IMG/VR virus record: IMGVR_UViG_3300017963_000058 | Location: 1 to 56,728 of that record | DNA from: a virus | Taxonomy: Duplodnaviria > Caudoviricetes | DNA length: 56,728 nucleotides | Direction: 5' to 3' (one strand) | Part shown: positions 9,837 to 20,674 of the stretch, one piece after another | Layout: each line of letters opens with the position of its first letter | Position numbering within the stretch: the stretch's first letter is position 1 | Translations under genes and position numbers: made by a program | Notes under the pieces: generated by a model | The model's input: the letters and a program-made list of their open reading frames with translations, nothing else | Databases searched by the model: none | Told to the model about the DNA's origin: nothing

Positions 9837-9867
9837 TTTTCATCACAAAAAAAAATTAAAAAAAAAA

Positions 9868-10473
9868 TTATTTGATTATTTCGGCTATATATTCGGTCTT
9901 ATCGTTTAAATTATAACACTTTTGACACTTAAAGCATTTCTTTTCGCAGTTTATGGTTATGGAATGCTTTTTTGCGTAATCCTTACTAAAGACCGTAAAT
10001 ACCTTATCTATATTCTTGTTATCGTTTAAGATATTTTCACTAACTTTATTGATTATAGGACTAGAATAAACGATTATTAGATTCTTAGGTTTGTTTACCA
10101 TTCTTTTAATTAAATCTAATCGTTTACTCCATAAAGCAAATACTACTTTAGGGTTTTTCCGACAAATCTTTAAGAGATTTATTAAATGTCTATAATTTAT
10201 CAATTCTCCATGTGAACTAAATCGAAAAATTAAAGCATTTATGTAAGGTAAATCAGACATTGGGAGAATACATTCACTTAATTCTATTCCATTTTTATCT
10301 AATGGAATCTGCATTGATTTCCACCGCTTACAACTCCTAAGAGAATAACATTTAGAACAAACAGAATGACTATTTAAACTCATTTTCATACAAAAATCAT
10401 TGGTTAATGGATTAGTGTTTATAGAATTGATGTGATCCATTTTTCCATAACCTTTACTTATTTTAATTACCAT
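9868..10473 (-). CDS. Phage gp88-like (radical-SAM-related) protein
   Basis: C...VCSKCY, FRFSSHGEL, FALWSKR, C-terminal CxxxCxxCxxC. Confidence 0.7.
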   Translation of the reverse strand: MVIKISKGYGKMDHINSINTNPLTNDFCMKMSLNSHSVCSKCYSLRSCKRWKSMQIPLDKNGIELSECILPMSDLPYINALIFRFSSHGELINYRHLINLLKICRKNPKVVFALWSKRLDLIKRMVNKPKNLIIVYSSPIINKVSENILNDNKNIDKVFTVFSKDYAKKHSITINCEKKCFKCQKCYNLNDKTEYIAEIIK

Positions 10474-10531
10474 TTTTTCAAATCACCATTGTATTCAATT
10501 TTTACGGCTTGTAATACCATTTTAAGAAATT

Positions 10532-10585
10532 TGTTAAAACCGGTCGATCCCAAGTAACATTACTTGGTCTTGACTATTTTTAACA
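10532..10585 (+). repeat. 54-bp palindromic site P2 (core at 10550-10567)
   Basis: TGTTA AAACCG GTC GATC CCAAGTAACATTACTTGG TCTT GAC TATTTT TAACA. Confidence 0.95.
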
Positions 10586-10766
10586 AAAATTTATCTTGTA
10601 ATTATGATTATTTTATTACTTATATATTTAAATCATGCTATTAATTTCATTATTCGGTCTGTATAGGTCTATATAAATCTGTATAAACCGATAAATAAAT
10701 TTTTTTTTTAAAAAAAAGAGAAAAGAAAAAAAAAAAAAAGAGATTTGGTTTTTCTATTGATATGTA

Positions 10767-11987
10767 TTACTGATTAAATTCAAAATCGTTTACATCTAAA
10801 ATGTTTTGGTTATTTTCCGTAGTTTTATTTTCTTGAAGTCTTTTAGGAATCCATTCTGCAATGTCTTTTGCGTTTTTAAGAATTTTCAATGCCTTATTAT
10901 TGTATTTATCGAATGTCTTATCATCATTAGCACCATGATTAGACTTATAAGTTAATGCTTGTACTAATCCATAAGGATTTAAATCATAGTTCTCTTTATT
11001 TGCTATTTCGATAAGTTCTTGTTTTTCTACATTGCTTAAAGATAAATATTCACTAGGAATGTCTAAAATATCGTTCCATTGATTACTTATTACTTTAGTG
11101 TGTTTATCAAGTTCATAGAATTTTTTAGCAAATTCATTAGATAAGTTTAAGCATTTAATAAATGCTTTTTGACATCTAATGGAAAAATCATCACCCGCAT
11201 GCATAACAGTTAGTTCAGTATCTGGAAAAGTAGAAATTAAACCATTCGCACATATCATTCGCATGATTAAGACTTGAAACCGATAAGAGCTATTCTTAGT
11301 TTCAGAATTGGTTAAATTGAACCCAGCATTGATTTGATCGCCTTTGTGAGTTAATTCAAGTTTTTGATTCTTATCAATGAAGTTAAATGAACTTCTATAC
11401 GGACTAAGATAAGATTCTTGAAACTCAAAAGCCGTACCATTTCTAGCATTAACCTTTCTAAGATTATTACAAGTGTCTTCTAATGCTTTAAAGTCTTCAT
11501 ACGGTCTATACACACTTGATTTAACAACTCTAGGAAATTCTCCAAATCCATCATCAAAAACTGCTATAAACATGTCTTTTAATCGTTTATTGAGTTTCTT
11601 TCTTTCATTTCTTTCATTGAATAGCATTTCAAGAATTTCTGATTCATAACTCATAGCAATGTCCAATTCACTTACTTTAAACCTTTCTTTAAGCAATTTA
11701 TAATAATCAAATATGTTTGTCGGTAATCCTAAGAAATTTGCTATGTGTGACCAAACATATTTAGGAATAAAAAAGGTTTTTGAGTATTCATTTGAATGAA
11801 TAGCATAAGTGAATTCGTCTGAATCTTGAACTCTTAAAGTCATTTCGATGTCACCTAGTCGATTGAATCCTAGTTGTTCTATACCACACATTCTGTATGT
11901 ATTTTTACTTCTATTCTTCAAGAAATTATAACATTCATCATAATTAGTAAAATGTCTATTTCTTAAGGAATAATCGGTTTTACTCAT
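10767..11987 (-). CDS. DUF932-family protein
   Basis: GFNLTNSETKNSS...RMICANGLI...HAG motif; SD GGTGAT upstream. Confidence 0.75.
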   Translation of the reverse strand: MSKTDYSLRNRHFTNYDECYNFLKNRSKNTYRMCGIEQLGFNRLGDIEMTLRVQDSDEFTYAIHSNEYSKTFFIPKYVWSHIANFLGLPTNIFDYYKLLKERFKVSELDIAMSYESEILEMLFNERNERKKLNKRLKDMFIAVFDDGFGEFPRVVKSSVYRPYEDFKALEDTCNNLRKVNARNGTAFEFQESYLSPYRSSFNFIDKNQKLELTHKGDQINAGFNLTNSETKNSSYRFQVLIMRMICANGLISTFPDTELTVMHAGDDFSIRCQKAFIKCLNLSNEFAKKFYELDKHTKVISNQWNDILDIPSEYLSLSNVEKQELIEIANKENYDLNPYGLVQALTYKSNHGANDDKTFDKYNNKALKILKNAKDIAEWIPKRLQENKTTENNQNILDVNDFEFNQ

Positions 11988-11989
11988 AG

Positions 11990-12685
11990 TTTTTATATCA
12001 CCAATTTTTATTTTATTTGTTTTTTATGTATAAATATGGGTTTTAACACAAGAAAAAAAATCGTTTAAAATTCGGCTTTTTTAATGTGTTTTAAAGCATA
12101 ATTAATGCTTATTCTCTTCATTTCTTATGCTTTAAATCACACTAAAAAATTAGATAAAAATAAAGCTAAGAACTAAAGAATTAAAGAATTTTTCTCATTT
12201 ATCTTTTTTTTGAGATTTGAATACTCAAAACAAGTCAATTGGGCTATTTCATTCTTTAAACATTCATTATGTTTAGGTAAACCACAAATAGAATAAAATA
12301 CACATCTAATATTGTTCTCCATAATTTTCACTTGATTACTGTATATCAATAGAAATTAAAGTATCTCTAAATCATTGGATTCTACATAAGGAATCAATCA
12401 ATTTTAACCATAAGATACCTTTATTCTATTGACGCTTTATTTTTTTCAATCATAGAATCATTCAATCATAAATTCAATGATTCTATGCTTATTTTATATA
12501 AAATTAGCTTATTTATTAATTAAATTGACATGCAGTTAATAATTTCTGATTTATTCATTCAATTATTCATACAGGCATTCATTCAATAGATTTTTTTTAT
12601 AAGCGTGTTCAAATACGATTCTGTCGGAATAAGGAAAGAAAGAAAGAAAAAAAATTTTTTTATTTAAGAGTTTGATAAGGTAAAA
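11990..12685. other. Largest non-coding region with two long inverted repeats; candidate replication origin
   Basis: IR 12078-12101/12125-12148 (24 bp, 2 mismatches); IR 12451-12466/12472-12487 (16 bp, 1 mismatch); repeated ATTCAAT/AATCAT words. Confidence 0.45.
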
Positions 12686-13423
12686 TCACGCCTCAGAGCA
12701 TTCCCCTAACATTTGTTTTTTCATCATCCTTTCTTCTCTTTCTATGTCAAAAAAATAATACGAATGGCTTCCCTGAACAATCAATTTTTCTAGAGAATGT
12801 AATTGTATTTCGATTTTTCTCCCTTTTTCTGGCTTGATTGTTTCAAATATCTCGACCAATGCCGTGCCAATTCCTTTTATCCCGCCACTAGCAAAAAGAA
12901 TCATTATGAAAAATCCAATGTTAATGAGAAAATCTATGGGAGCTGAAATGTTAATCAAGTTTGCCGAAATCACGATTGAATAACAGAGATACGAAAAAAT
13001 CCACGACATCTGTTCTATGTTAATTTCTCCTTGAGTGACTTTTTTTCCGTTTTCTTTCAATCTTTTCAATTTTCCACTATATTGATAGTCGTCATTAACA
13101 ATTTCTTGAAATCTCCGAAATAATCCATACCATTTTGTTATTGCCCTTTCGAGAAACGAAAGAATCATTTCTAACTTGACCTCTGCTTTTATTTTATCTT
13201 TTCTATTAATTGTCCACACTTGAACGAGAATGTCTTCTAAGGGACTTGGGTCTTGCGAAGCTAACGCTAATATGAGATAAAGCGAAGTAAAACCTGCTAC
13301 ACGAATGATAAAAAATGTGCTTGGAAAAAACTCTTGGTAGTAATAAACAAATATGCCGATAGAAATAACGAGCGAAGCTACTCCCGAAAATTTTATCGTT
13401 CTTTTTTTAAAATTATTTAACAT
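12686..13423 (-). CDS. Membrane protein with internal duplication (2 x 2 TM)
   Basis: Two hydrophobic helix pairs, each followed by a similar amphipathic segment. Confidence 0.75.
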   Translation of the reverse strand: MLNNFKKRTIKFSGVASLVISIGIFVYYYQEFFPSTFFIIRVAGFTSLYLILALASQDPSPLEDILVQVWTINRKDKIKAEVKLEMILSFLERAITKWYGLFRRFQEIVNDDYQYSGKLKRLKENGKKVTQGEINIEQMSWIFSYLCYSIVISANLINISAPIDFLINIGFFIMILFASGGIKGIGTALVEIFETIKPEKGRKIEIQLHSLEKLIVQGSHSYYFFDIEREERMMKKQMLGECSEA

Positions 13424-13462
13424 GTATAAAAAATAGGAAAAGAGAAATAAATAATTTTAGTT

Positions 13463-13678
13463 TTAACCTTTTTCGAGATTGACTACTCTTTCTCGCAAAT
13501 CGTTTACATCTGCTTCTAGAGAAATTATTTTTTGCCTCATTTCTTCGGCATTCACTTGGTCTCCAATCTCATTTCGGCTCACTTCTCGAATGAAAGCTCC
13601 ACTATTGTCATCGTATTCGGTTTGGACATTGTAAATCTTTCCATCTCCTTTATATTCCGTGCCTTGAACTATTACCAT
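13463..13678 (-). CDS. Small protein with C-terminal coiled coil
   Basis: SD GGAGGTGA; follows the spike gene. Confidence 0.8.
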   Translation of the reverse strand: MVIVQGTEYKGDGKIYNVQTEYDDNSGAFIREVSRNEIGDQVNAEEMRQKIISLEADVNDLRERVVNLEKG

Positions 13679-13689
13679 GTTTTCACCTC

Positions 13690-15573
13690 CTAAGCTGTCT
13701 TGTTATTTGCTACATAGCTATTAGTTCCATTATCTAAAAGTTGAGTTTCGTTTAGCAAGGACATATTACCAGTCATCGTGGTTTCAGTACATCCTGCACC
13801 TATCAAAAGTCCATAATGTACTCCAACTCCTGAGTTTGTCCCATTAACAACATTATTTCCATTTACATTACAATTATCGCTACCATTAACTAAAACGATT
13901 CCAGCTCCAGTATCAGTACTATTTTGGGTTAAATTATAAATAAGATTACCAGATACGGTATTATAATCAGCAGCATCAATATATATTCCGTATAGTTCAT
14001 CAGTTTGAGTAGCGTTTCCAATGATAATATTTCCACTTACGGTAGTTCGTACCGCTTCTCCTAGTACAATACCGTATTTTACTGGATCATAAATGATATT
14101 ATCATTACAAGTAGAATACGACACATCAGTTCCGCTATATCCGTAAAATCTTATACCGTAATTAGCAGGACTTATAATGATATTTCCATTCACGACGCAT
14201 CTCGTACTTCCATTGCCGATGTATATTGCCTCGTTAGTACAATCTATTAATATATTATCGAGAACCGAAGATTGGTCGTTGCCATTGATAACTATATAAT
14301 ATCCGCCTAAATCATAAATATAACAATTTCTTACCGAAACCTTGTCGCTATTTATGGTTATTCCCCTACCGTTAGTTCCATCGCCATATATGGTTATATT
14401 CTCTATCCATATTGGATTGTCATTGGCTTCGGTTATTTCAATACCATAAGCACTTTGGTCGGTAGCATCAATCATGTCAATGGCAAAATTCTCTAATTTA
14501 CACGATTTGGCGTTTGTTATACTAAAAGCGGTCCTGTTTGCTCCAATATCTATGATGGTGTTATTTCCTTTGCCTCGAATGACATAAGAACCATTACCAT
14601 CTAAGTTTATCGTTGCTGAAAGCAAGATGGTTTCGGCAGGAAGCACTATCGTTCCGCCTTTATTTCCTAAATAATCAATTGCTTTTTGTAAATCACTACC
14701 TATTGCTGAAAATAAATACACGGTATTGTTTACTACTTTAAAGAAACCATGTTCGCTAAAAGACGAAATTTTGTCGCAAAGAAATTCTTGATCAGAAACA
14801 TCGTTATGAAATTTGTTCATTTCATCGTATAAAGCATTTTTACTCGCAGCACACAAAGTGTTCCCATTCCAATCTATTCCATAAACATCATCAGATATGG
14901 GAGAGCCAAGAGAAAGACCATTGACCTTGTCGTAAACAGCGTTTTTAGACGGAGCAAGATCGAGAGTTACATTCCAAACTCCAGAATATGCTATGTTTGT
15001 AACACAAGCGGTTTTTGCTTCGGCATCGGTATAACGAGAATGATGAACAGCAGGGTCGGGATCATTGTAATGTGCCTGTAAGGGGTCGTAAACAGCGTTT
15101 CTACTTGGAGCATTTGTAGTATCTCCGTTCCAACCAGTAGGATATGCGTCATCGCTTACTTGACCCCAAAATTCTTGCAACTTGTCGTATATGGCATTTT
15201 TTGTCGCTCCGTCAGTATTGCCGTTCCAACTAATTCCATAGGCAACATCGCTAATTGCAGCACTTCCCGGTGAACCTTGATTGTTCATCCGATCCCATCC
15301 AGTGCCGTTCCACACTATCCAATCGTTAATATAATAAATTGTTAAATCAATTATGCCTTGTACCGTAATAACCCAATAATCTCCTGTATTGGGTTCATTG
15401 CTGGGGTATTCACCTGTGGAAGCATCGTGTGTTCCTTGCCGTGCGAGAAGACTTATTGTTTCAGCTCTGATTTCTGATAATTTATCAAGTATTATGGTTG
15501 GATAATTGAATCCTTTTACATCTATGAGATTTATTAATTCAGTATATTGTCCGTACATTCTACTTTCAGACAT
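13690..15573 (-). CDS. Spike/fibre protein 1, right-handed beta-helix (pectin-lyase-like)
   Basis: Repeating GNxI/NNxI...GI beta-helix rungs; GGTIVLP cap; four N-terminal SDxxYxxxWNGxTxxAxxKNAxYD repeats. Confidence 0.85.
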   Translation of the reverse strand: MSESRMYGQYTELINLIDVKGFNYPTIILDKLSEIRAETISLLARQGTHDASTGEYPSNEPNTGDYWVITVQGIIDLTIYYINDWIVWNGTGWDRMNNQGSPGSAAISDVAYGISWNGNTDGATKNAIYDKLQEFWGQVSDDAYPTGWNGDTTNAPSRNAVYDPLQAHYNDPDPAVHHSRYTDAEAKTACVTNIAYSGVWNVTLDLAPSKNAVYDKVNGLSLGSPISDDVYGIDWNGNTLCAASKNALYDEMNKFHNDVSDQEFLCDKISSFSEHGFFKVVNNTVYLFSAIGSDLQKAIDYLGNKGGTIVLPAETILLSATINLDGNGSYVIRGKGNNTIIDIGANRTAFSITNAKSCKLENFAIDMIDATDQSAYGIEITEANDNPIWIENITIYGDGTNGRGITINSDKVSVRNCYIYDLGGYYIVINGNDQSSVLDNILIDCTNEAIYIGNGSTRCVVNGNIIISPANYGIRFYGYSGTDVSYSTCNDNIIYDPVKYGIVLGEAVRTTVSGNIIIGNATQTDELYGIYIDAADYNTVSGNLIYNLTQNSTDTGAGIVLVNGSDNCNVNGNNVVNGTNSGVGVHYGLLIGAGCTETTMTGNMSLLNETQLLDNGTNSYVANNKTA

Positions 15574-15596
15574 TAATTAAAAATAGAACAAAAGAA

Positions 15597-15604
15597 TATA
15601 AAAA
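15597..15604 (-). promoter_or_regulatory. TATA box TTTTTATA of a leaderless gene (representative copy)
   Basis: Same octamer 22-25 nt before the ATGs at 7481, 15573, 21019, 23818, 24272, 28941, 39167 and 47016. Confidence 0.8.
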
Positions 15605-15620
15605 GTTAAGTTAAAAAAAT

Positions 15621-18095
15621 TTATGCTGTATTATTAGATGCTACGGTCGTGTTAGTACCATTATTAAGAAGATTTATATCATTACCCCGTAAATGATTTC
15701 CATGTACAATATTATTAGCTGAACTTGCGTCTTGAATTAATATTCCATACCCATTACCAGCTCCAGCGTTATTCCACGATTGACAAAGATTTCCACATAA
15801 AGCATTGTAATCACTATTATCATATAACATGATTGCGGCAATTGTACCTCCACCAGAAAAGGTAGTATCATATACTACATTTCCACTTATAGCATTGAAA
15901 TGACTATCAGAAAGGAAAATTCCAGATTGTTGTGCTTGGTATATTGTATTTGCTTCAATAATATTATGTTCACTATTATCAAGATATATTGCATAATAAT
16001 CGGCTGAATATATTGAATTTCCAGAGATTTCTGAATAATCAACATCACTAAAAAACAAAATTCCAAAATCAGCGTCATTTATTATATTATAATTGACCTT
16101 ACAATAATTACAATTGTTTAATTGTACGGTATAATCTTCGCAATTAGCAAGATAATTATGGTGTATATCTACATAATTACAACCAGTTATATAAATATAG
16201 ATATTCCCTAAAGAATAAGCATGACAATATTCAATTGTAGTATAATCACTATTTATATATATTACTCTTCCATTAGTACTATCACCATAAAATATGCAAC
16301 TATTTACAACAACCGGGTTATCCACTCCATTTATTTTTATTGCGTAATATGCTTCGCTGGAATATCCCGATAAATCAAAAGCCATATTTTCAATTCTAAC
16401 GGAACTGGCACTAGTAATGTTAAACACATCACGATTACCATCGGGAGCTAAAACTGTTTCTGCTCCTACCCCCTTTATTACATACGATTTTCCCGTGTCT
16501 ATATCTACGGTTGTGGATACGGTCATTGTATCTGCTGGGAGATAAATCGTGCCTCCGTTTGTTAAATCGTCTATGGCATCTTGTAAGTCTGAAACTGTCG
16601 CTCCGTTTTTCAAAACTATCGTATCTTGATTAAAATATAATATGTTATCGGTTGGTACATCAATGACATCACAATAAATTTGTTTGCCGTATGCCGATTG
16701 TTCTAAATTATCTCCGAGAGAATAACTACCATCCCAAGAATAACTTATGGCATCGTAATAACCAATAGCTCCTGTTTGAGCCGTGCTTTGACATATCATT
16801 ATAGCAGCGACATTCCCAGTCGTCATGAAAGCATAATCTCCGTATTGAACCCCATCTATATATACACGCCAAGTGTTGATTGCCAACGCTCCATCTCCTC
16901 TCGGATCGTATCCCCCTGCCGTATCTTCAAAATCTATGGCAATATAATACCATTTTTTATCTTGAGCATTTGTTATAATAGTTCCTGCTGCTGAACCATA
17001 CCTAAATGTATCTAAATTGATAAAAAGTCTTGCTAAATCACTATAACTACTATTTTGAAGATAGAACTCGTTGGCTAAAGAAGCGTCATCAACAGCCCAC
17101 CAGAATTCAATGCTTCCATAATCTTGACCAGAGAAAATTTGCCAAGCATAAACGGTTGTTCCTACAACAGTATTAGTCATTTTAAATACTTTAGAATGTC
17201 CTAAATAATCAGATACGACCCTTGCAGTACCAGAAGCAGGATCGTTGTTAATTGTAAACCCAGCAGGTTGAGAATCGTCAGAATCAGATGTAAAAGTGTA
17301 AGTTCCAACATAAGTACCAATTGGTACATCAAAATCTTCGTGGTATTTATTCATTTCATCGTACAAAGCGTTTTTCGTTGCTCCGTCAGTATCTCCATTC
17401 CAAGCGGAACTATATACTGCATCTTCTAACGCCCAATCATAACTTTCTAATTCTATAAACTTATCGTACATGGCGTTTTGAGTAGGAGCAACATCGTTTA
17501 CTCCGTTCCAAGATACACCGTAAGCAACATCGCTCAATACAGCTGCTCTGGCATCAGTAGAAATGTAAGGCGTATGATGATAATCACCAGTAGCTATATG
17601 AGTAGCTATTGAATCAAATAAAGCGTTTTTACTCATCGTATGTACTGTATCTCCGTTCCATCCCACGCCATAAGCATCGTCTTTTACTTGAATGTCTATG
17701 CTTTCAATGGCGTTGTATAAAGCGTTTTTACTTGCTGCATCAGTATTTCCGTTCCAAGAAGCATCGTAAGGATCGTCACTTACTGGGGCAGAACCAGCTG
17801 CTCCTTGATTGTTGGTTCTCTCCCATCCAGTACCATTCCACACTATCCAATCGTTTTCGTAATAATCTACTGTTAGAATCGTTCCAGCAACGGTTATTAC
17901 CCAATAATCTCCAGTATTTGGAGAATCTGATGGTATGCTTCCACCCGAAGCGTCGTGTTCGCCAATTCTCTTGAGAAGCGTTAATTGAGAATCCGTAATT
18001 CTTGTCATGGCATCAACAATTACTGGTAAATATTTCGTGCCTTTTACATCCAAGAGATTTATCAATTCTGAATATTGTCCATATACTCCACTCAT
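15621..18095 (-). CDS. Spike/fibre protein 2, beta-helix with inserted lectin-like (ConA/LamG-type) domain
   Basis: Paralog of spike 1; extra about 200-aa beta-sandwich (GSIEFWW...KWYYIAID...WRVYIDG). Confidence 0.85.
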   Translation of the reverse strand: MSGVYGQYSELINLLDVKGTKYLPVIVDAMTRITDSQLTLLKRIGEHDASGGSIPSDSPNTGDYWVITVAGTILTVDYYENDWIVWNGTGWERTNNQGAAGSAPVSDDPYDASWNGNTDAASKNALYNAIESIDIQVKDDAYGVGWNGDTVHTMSKNALFDSIATHIATGDYHHTPYISTDARAAVLSDVAYGVSWNGVNDVAPTQNAMYDKFIELESYDWALEDAVYSSAWNGDTDGATKNALYDEMNKYHEDFDVPIGTYVGTYTFTSDSDDSQPAGFTINNDPASGTARVVSDYLGHSKVFKMTNTVVGTTVYAWQIFSGQDYGSIEFWWAVDDASLANEFYLQNSSYSDLARLFINLDTFRYGSAAGTIITNAQDKKWYYIAIDFEDTAGGYDPRGDGALAINTWRVYIDGVQYGDYAFMTTGNVAAIMICQSTAQTGAIGYYDAISYSWDGSYSLGDNLEQSAYGKQIYCDVIDVPTDNILYFNQDTIVLKNGATVSDLQDAIDDLTNGGTIYLPADTMTVSTTVDIDTGKSYVIKGVGAETVLAPDGNRDVFNITSASSVRIENMAFDLSGYSSEAYYAIKINGVDNPVVVNSCIFYGDSTNGRVIYINSDYTTIEYCHAYSLGNIYIYITGCNYVDIHHNYLANCEDYTVQLNNCNYCKVNYNIINDADFGILFFSDVDYSEISGNSIYSADYYAIYLDNSEHNIIEANTIYQAQQSGIFLSDSHFNAISGNVVYDTTFSGGGTIAAIMLYDNSDYNALCGNLCQSWNNAGAGNGYGILIQDASSANNIVHGNHLRGNDINLLNNGTNTTVASNNTA

Positions 18096-18106
18096 TTTTT
18101 TATCAC

Positions 18107-20653
18107 CTATGCCGTGTTATTATCTGCTGCGTATGTGGCAGTACCAGCATTACTATAATTGGTTTCGTTTCCCCTGCAAGAATTTCCAACTATGGTATTA
18201 TTATTACAATCGGCACGACCTACTGCAATGCCCCAAGCATTACCAGTACCGAAGTTCCAGAAATTATGGCAAGTATTTCCATAAACGAGATTGTCGTCGC
18301 AATTAGCGGCACTCCAATACCTTCCGATAACGATTCCAGCACACCAATATATCGTGTTTTCGTCTCCATCTTCAAATTGGTTTCCTGTTATAGCATTATA
18401 ATGAGATTCCACATATAAATTGACTCCCACGCCTATTAATTGAGCTTGATTTCCGCTTATTGCGTTGTATTGACTATTACTTATGCCTATGAGAGCATCA
18501 TCGTTGCCCCATGTTTCTGATTTCCGAGTATTTCCCCTGAAAACACTTGCGTAGATGTAATTAAACTCGTATGTAGCACGGCTGGAAACATGGTTCGAAG
18601 AATTATTCGATACGATTGCTCTCGTCAAGCTTCCCCCAGTTATTTTTCTCAAACCACACCATAACGCACTTGTCCTGCTTTCTTTGAACACATTTCCATC
18701 AACTATGAGATCAGATACAACATCTGAATCGGGAATTTTAATACATTCGTAGCCATCTGAAAAGAAATTATTAACAATAAACACATTGTTTTGTTGCACG
18801 ACAACTGGTTGTCCGAGCCAAGTTCCCGCAGTACGCATGAAAACACAATTTCGTATCCAGACTGGATTGTTGTTGGTATCGTTGCATATCACTCCATAAA
18901 TATGTCCTGTCCAGTTAGTAGAATCAAATGTTACATTTTCTATCACGACAGAACTTGCGTCGGTAATGTTGATGAAACTATAATCTCCACTTACTTGTAA
19001 GATTGAACTCGTTCCTTGACCTTCGAGTATGTAAGATTTCCCAGTATTAAACGCTATGGCACTTGAAAGAGAAATCGTGGATGATGGGAGAACAACACGC
19101 CCACCATTTGTTAATTCGGCAATGGCATTAACTAAATCTGATTGCGAAGCTCCTGAATTTACAAACACGACATCTCCGATTTTTACATAGTTGTTGTTTT
19201 TCGGATTTATGTTATCACAGAAAACTTGTTGTCCAGTTTCTTGATTTTCTCCAACATGATAATCTAATGTGGTAAATCCTATATCAGCATAATAAGAATA
19301 AACACTACTCTGAGCTGGAAATTGACCCCATTTCCACCATACAGTACCGTTATGTTCCATAGCAAATACTCCGAGTTTAATACCATCGACCCATAAAGCA
19401 TAAGTATATTGGCTTAACCCCATATAACCACCACTAGTATTTTCTATATCTATTCTTATACGATACCAAGTGTTTGCTGTTGGTGGTTTTCCCACATAAG
19501 TTATTGATGCTCCATTATAAGCATAAAAACGCCCATTTCTAATTCCCACTCTTATGCTTTCATCTCCATAAACATCCAAAGTTCTAAATTGGCTTCCCTT
19601 AGTTATATCTTGAACGGCTAATTTGAATTCTACCGTGCCAAAAGAAACAGTATAGTTATTTTTCGCAATATGTCTCCAATTCCACGCATCAGGATTTTCA
19701 CCTTTAATAGCTATTACATTGGATTCACCTAATAATGTATCCCAATGATGTAAATTGTAATATGTAACCGTAGTAGCTAGGTTTTGAAATCCACATTGTA
19801 AATTTTCATAAGGTTCATAAGTATAAGGAGTTCCACTTGGTTCTGTGGAAAAATCATAAGTAGCAGAAGTAGAGCTTCCGAAATCGTAATGAAATTTATC
19901 CATCTCGTCATATAAAGCGTTTTTACTTGCTGCATCGGTATTTCCGTTCCAGCTCGAAGAATATGCTGAATCAGAAACTGGGTTTGCTGGAAAATTCATG
20001 GATTCCATTTTATTGTAAACGCTTCTACACGATGGGGCGTGTGTAATTGTACCATCCCAACCGACTTGAAAAGATTGATCAAGTACGCAATCTGTTTTTG
20101 CTGCTGAATCGGTATATTTGACATGGTGATCGTTTGGAGCAACGCTAATATGGTTATACAGTTTATCGTACACGGCATTTCTACTCGGAGCTTCGTCTAT
20201 GACTCCATTCCATCCAGCTCCGTAAACTGCATCTGAGATCGTGATTAGTGATAAAGTTTCAATTTTATCGTACAAAGCGTTTTTCGTTGCGGGTTCTTCC
20301 GTTTTTCCGCTCCAAGTACCATCGTAAGGGTCATCGCTTATTGCTCCGCCCGGAGCACCTTGTTGATTTACTCGCTCCCAAGCCGTGCCGTTCCACACTA
20401 TCCAATCGTTAATATAATAATCAGTACCATCAATATTACCACCTCCCGATATGACCCAGTAATCGCCCGTGTCTGGATTGTTTGATGGGTCTGTACCATA
20501 CTGGGCATCGTGAGTTCCTTGATATTTAAGCAAGTTAGAAACAGACCCTTGAATGTCTTTTAACGCTTCTATGAGTATAGTCGGATATTTTAATTCTTTA
20601 GCTCCTAAAAGGTCTTTTATATCGTTAATACTTCCTATTCCTTTTGACGACAT
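18107..20653 (-). CDS. Spike/fibre protein 3, beta-helix with inserted lectin-like domain
   Basis: Paralog of spikes 1 and 2 (GDYWVI...YYINDWIVWNGTxW; GTVEFK...TWYRIRID...LWVDG; ends NNTA). Confidence 0.85.
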   Translation of the reverse strand: MSSKGIGSINDIKDLLGAKELKYPTILIEALKDIQGSVSNLLKYQGTHDAQYGTDPSNNPDTGDYWVISGGGNIDGTDYYINDWIVWNGTAWERVNQQGAPGGAISDDPYDGTWSGKTEEPATKNALYDKIETLSLITISDAVYGAGWNGVIDEAPSRNAVYDKLYNHISVAPNDHHVKYTDSAAKTDCVLDQSFQVGWDGTITHAPSCRSVYNKMESMNFPANPVSDSAYSSSWNGNTDAASKNALYDEMDKFHYDFGSSTSATYDFSTEPSGTPYTYEPYENLQCGFQNLATTVTYYNLHHWDTLLGESNVIAIKGENPDAWNWRHIAKNNYTVSFGTVEFKLAVQDITKGSQFRTLDVYGDESIRVGIRNGRFYAYNGASITYVGKPPTANTWYRIRIDIENTSGGYMGLSQYTYALWVDGIKLGVFAMEHNGTVWWKWGQFPAQSSVYSYYADIGFTTLDYHVGENQETGQQVFCDNINPKNNNYVKIGDVVFVNSGASQSDLVNAIAELTNGGRVVLPSSTISLSSAIAFNTGKSYILEGQGTSSILQVSGDYSFINITDASSVVIENVTFDSTNWTGHIYGVICNDTNNNPVWIRNCVFMRTAGTWLGQPVVVQQNNVFIVNNFFSDGYECIKIPDSDVVSDLIVDGNVFKESRTSALWCGLRKITGGSLTRAIVSNNSSNHVSSRATYEFNYIYASVFRGNTRKSETWGNDDALIGISNSQYNAISGNQAQLIGVGVNLYVESHYNAITGNQFEDGDENTIYWCAGIVIGRYWSAANCDDNLVYGNTCHNFWNFGTGNAWGIAVGRADCNNNTIVGNSCRGNETNYSNAGTATYAADNNTA

Positions 20654-20674
20654 CTATATTTTAAAATACCTTGT

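Noticed and set aside
10654-10692. Imperfect hairpin downstream of DUF932
   Set aside because: Weak AT-rich stem next to a T-tract; most simply part of a terminator region
13690-20653. Diversity-generating retroelement acting on the spikes
   Set aside because: No reverse transcriptase and no TR/VR pair with adenine-specific mismatches seen; the similarity is ordinary paralogy
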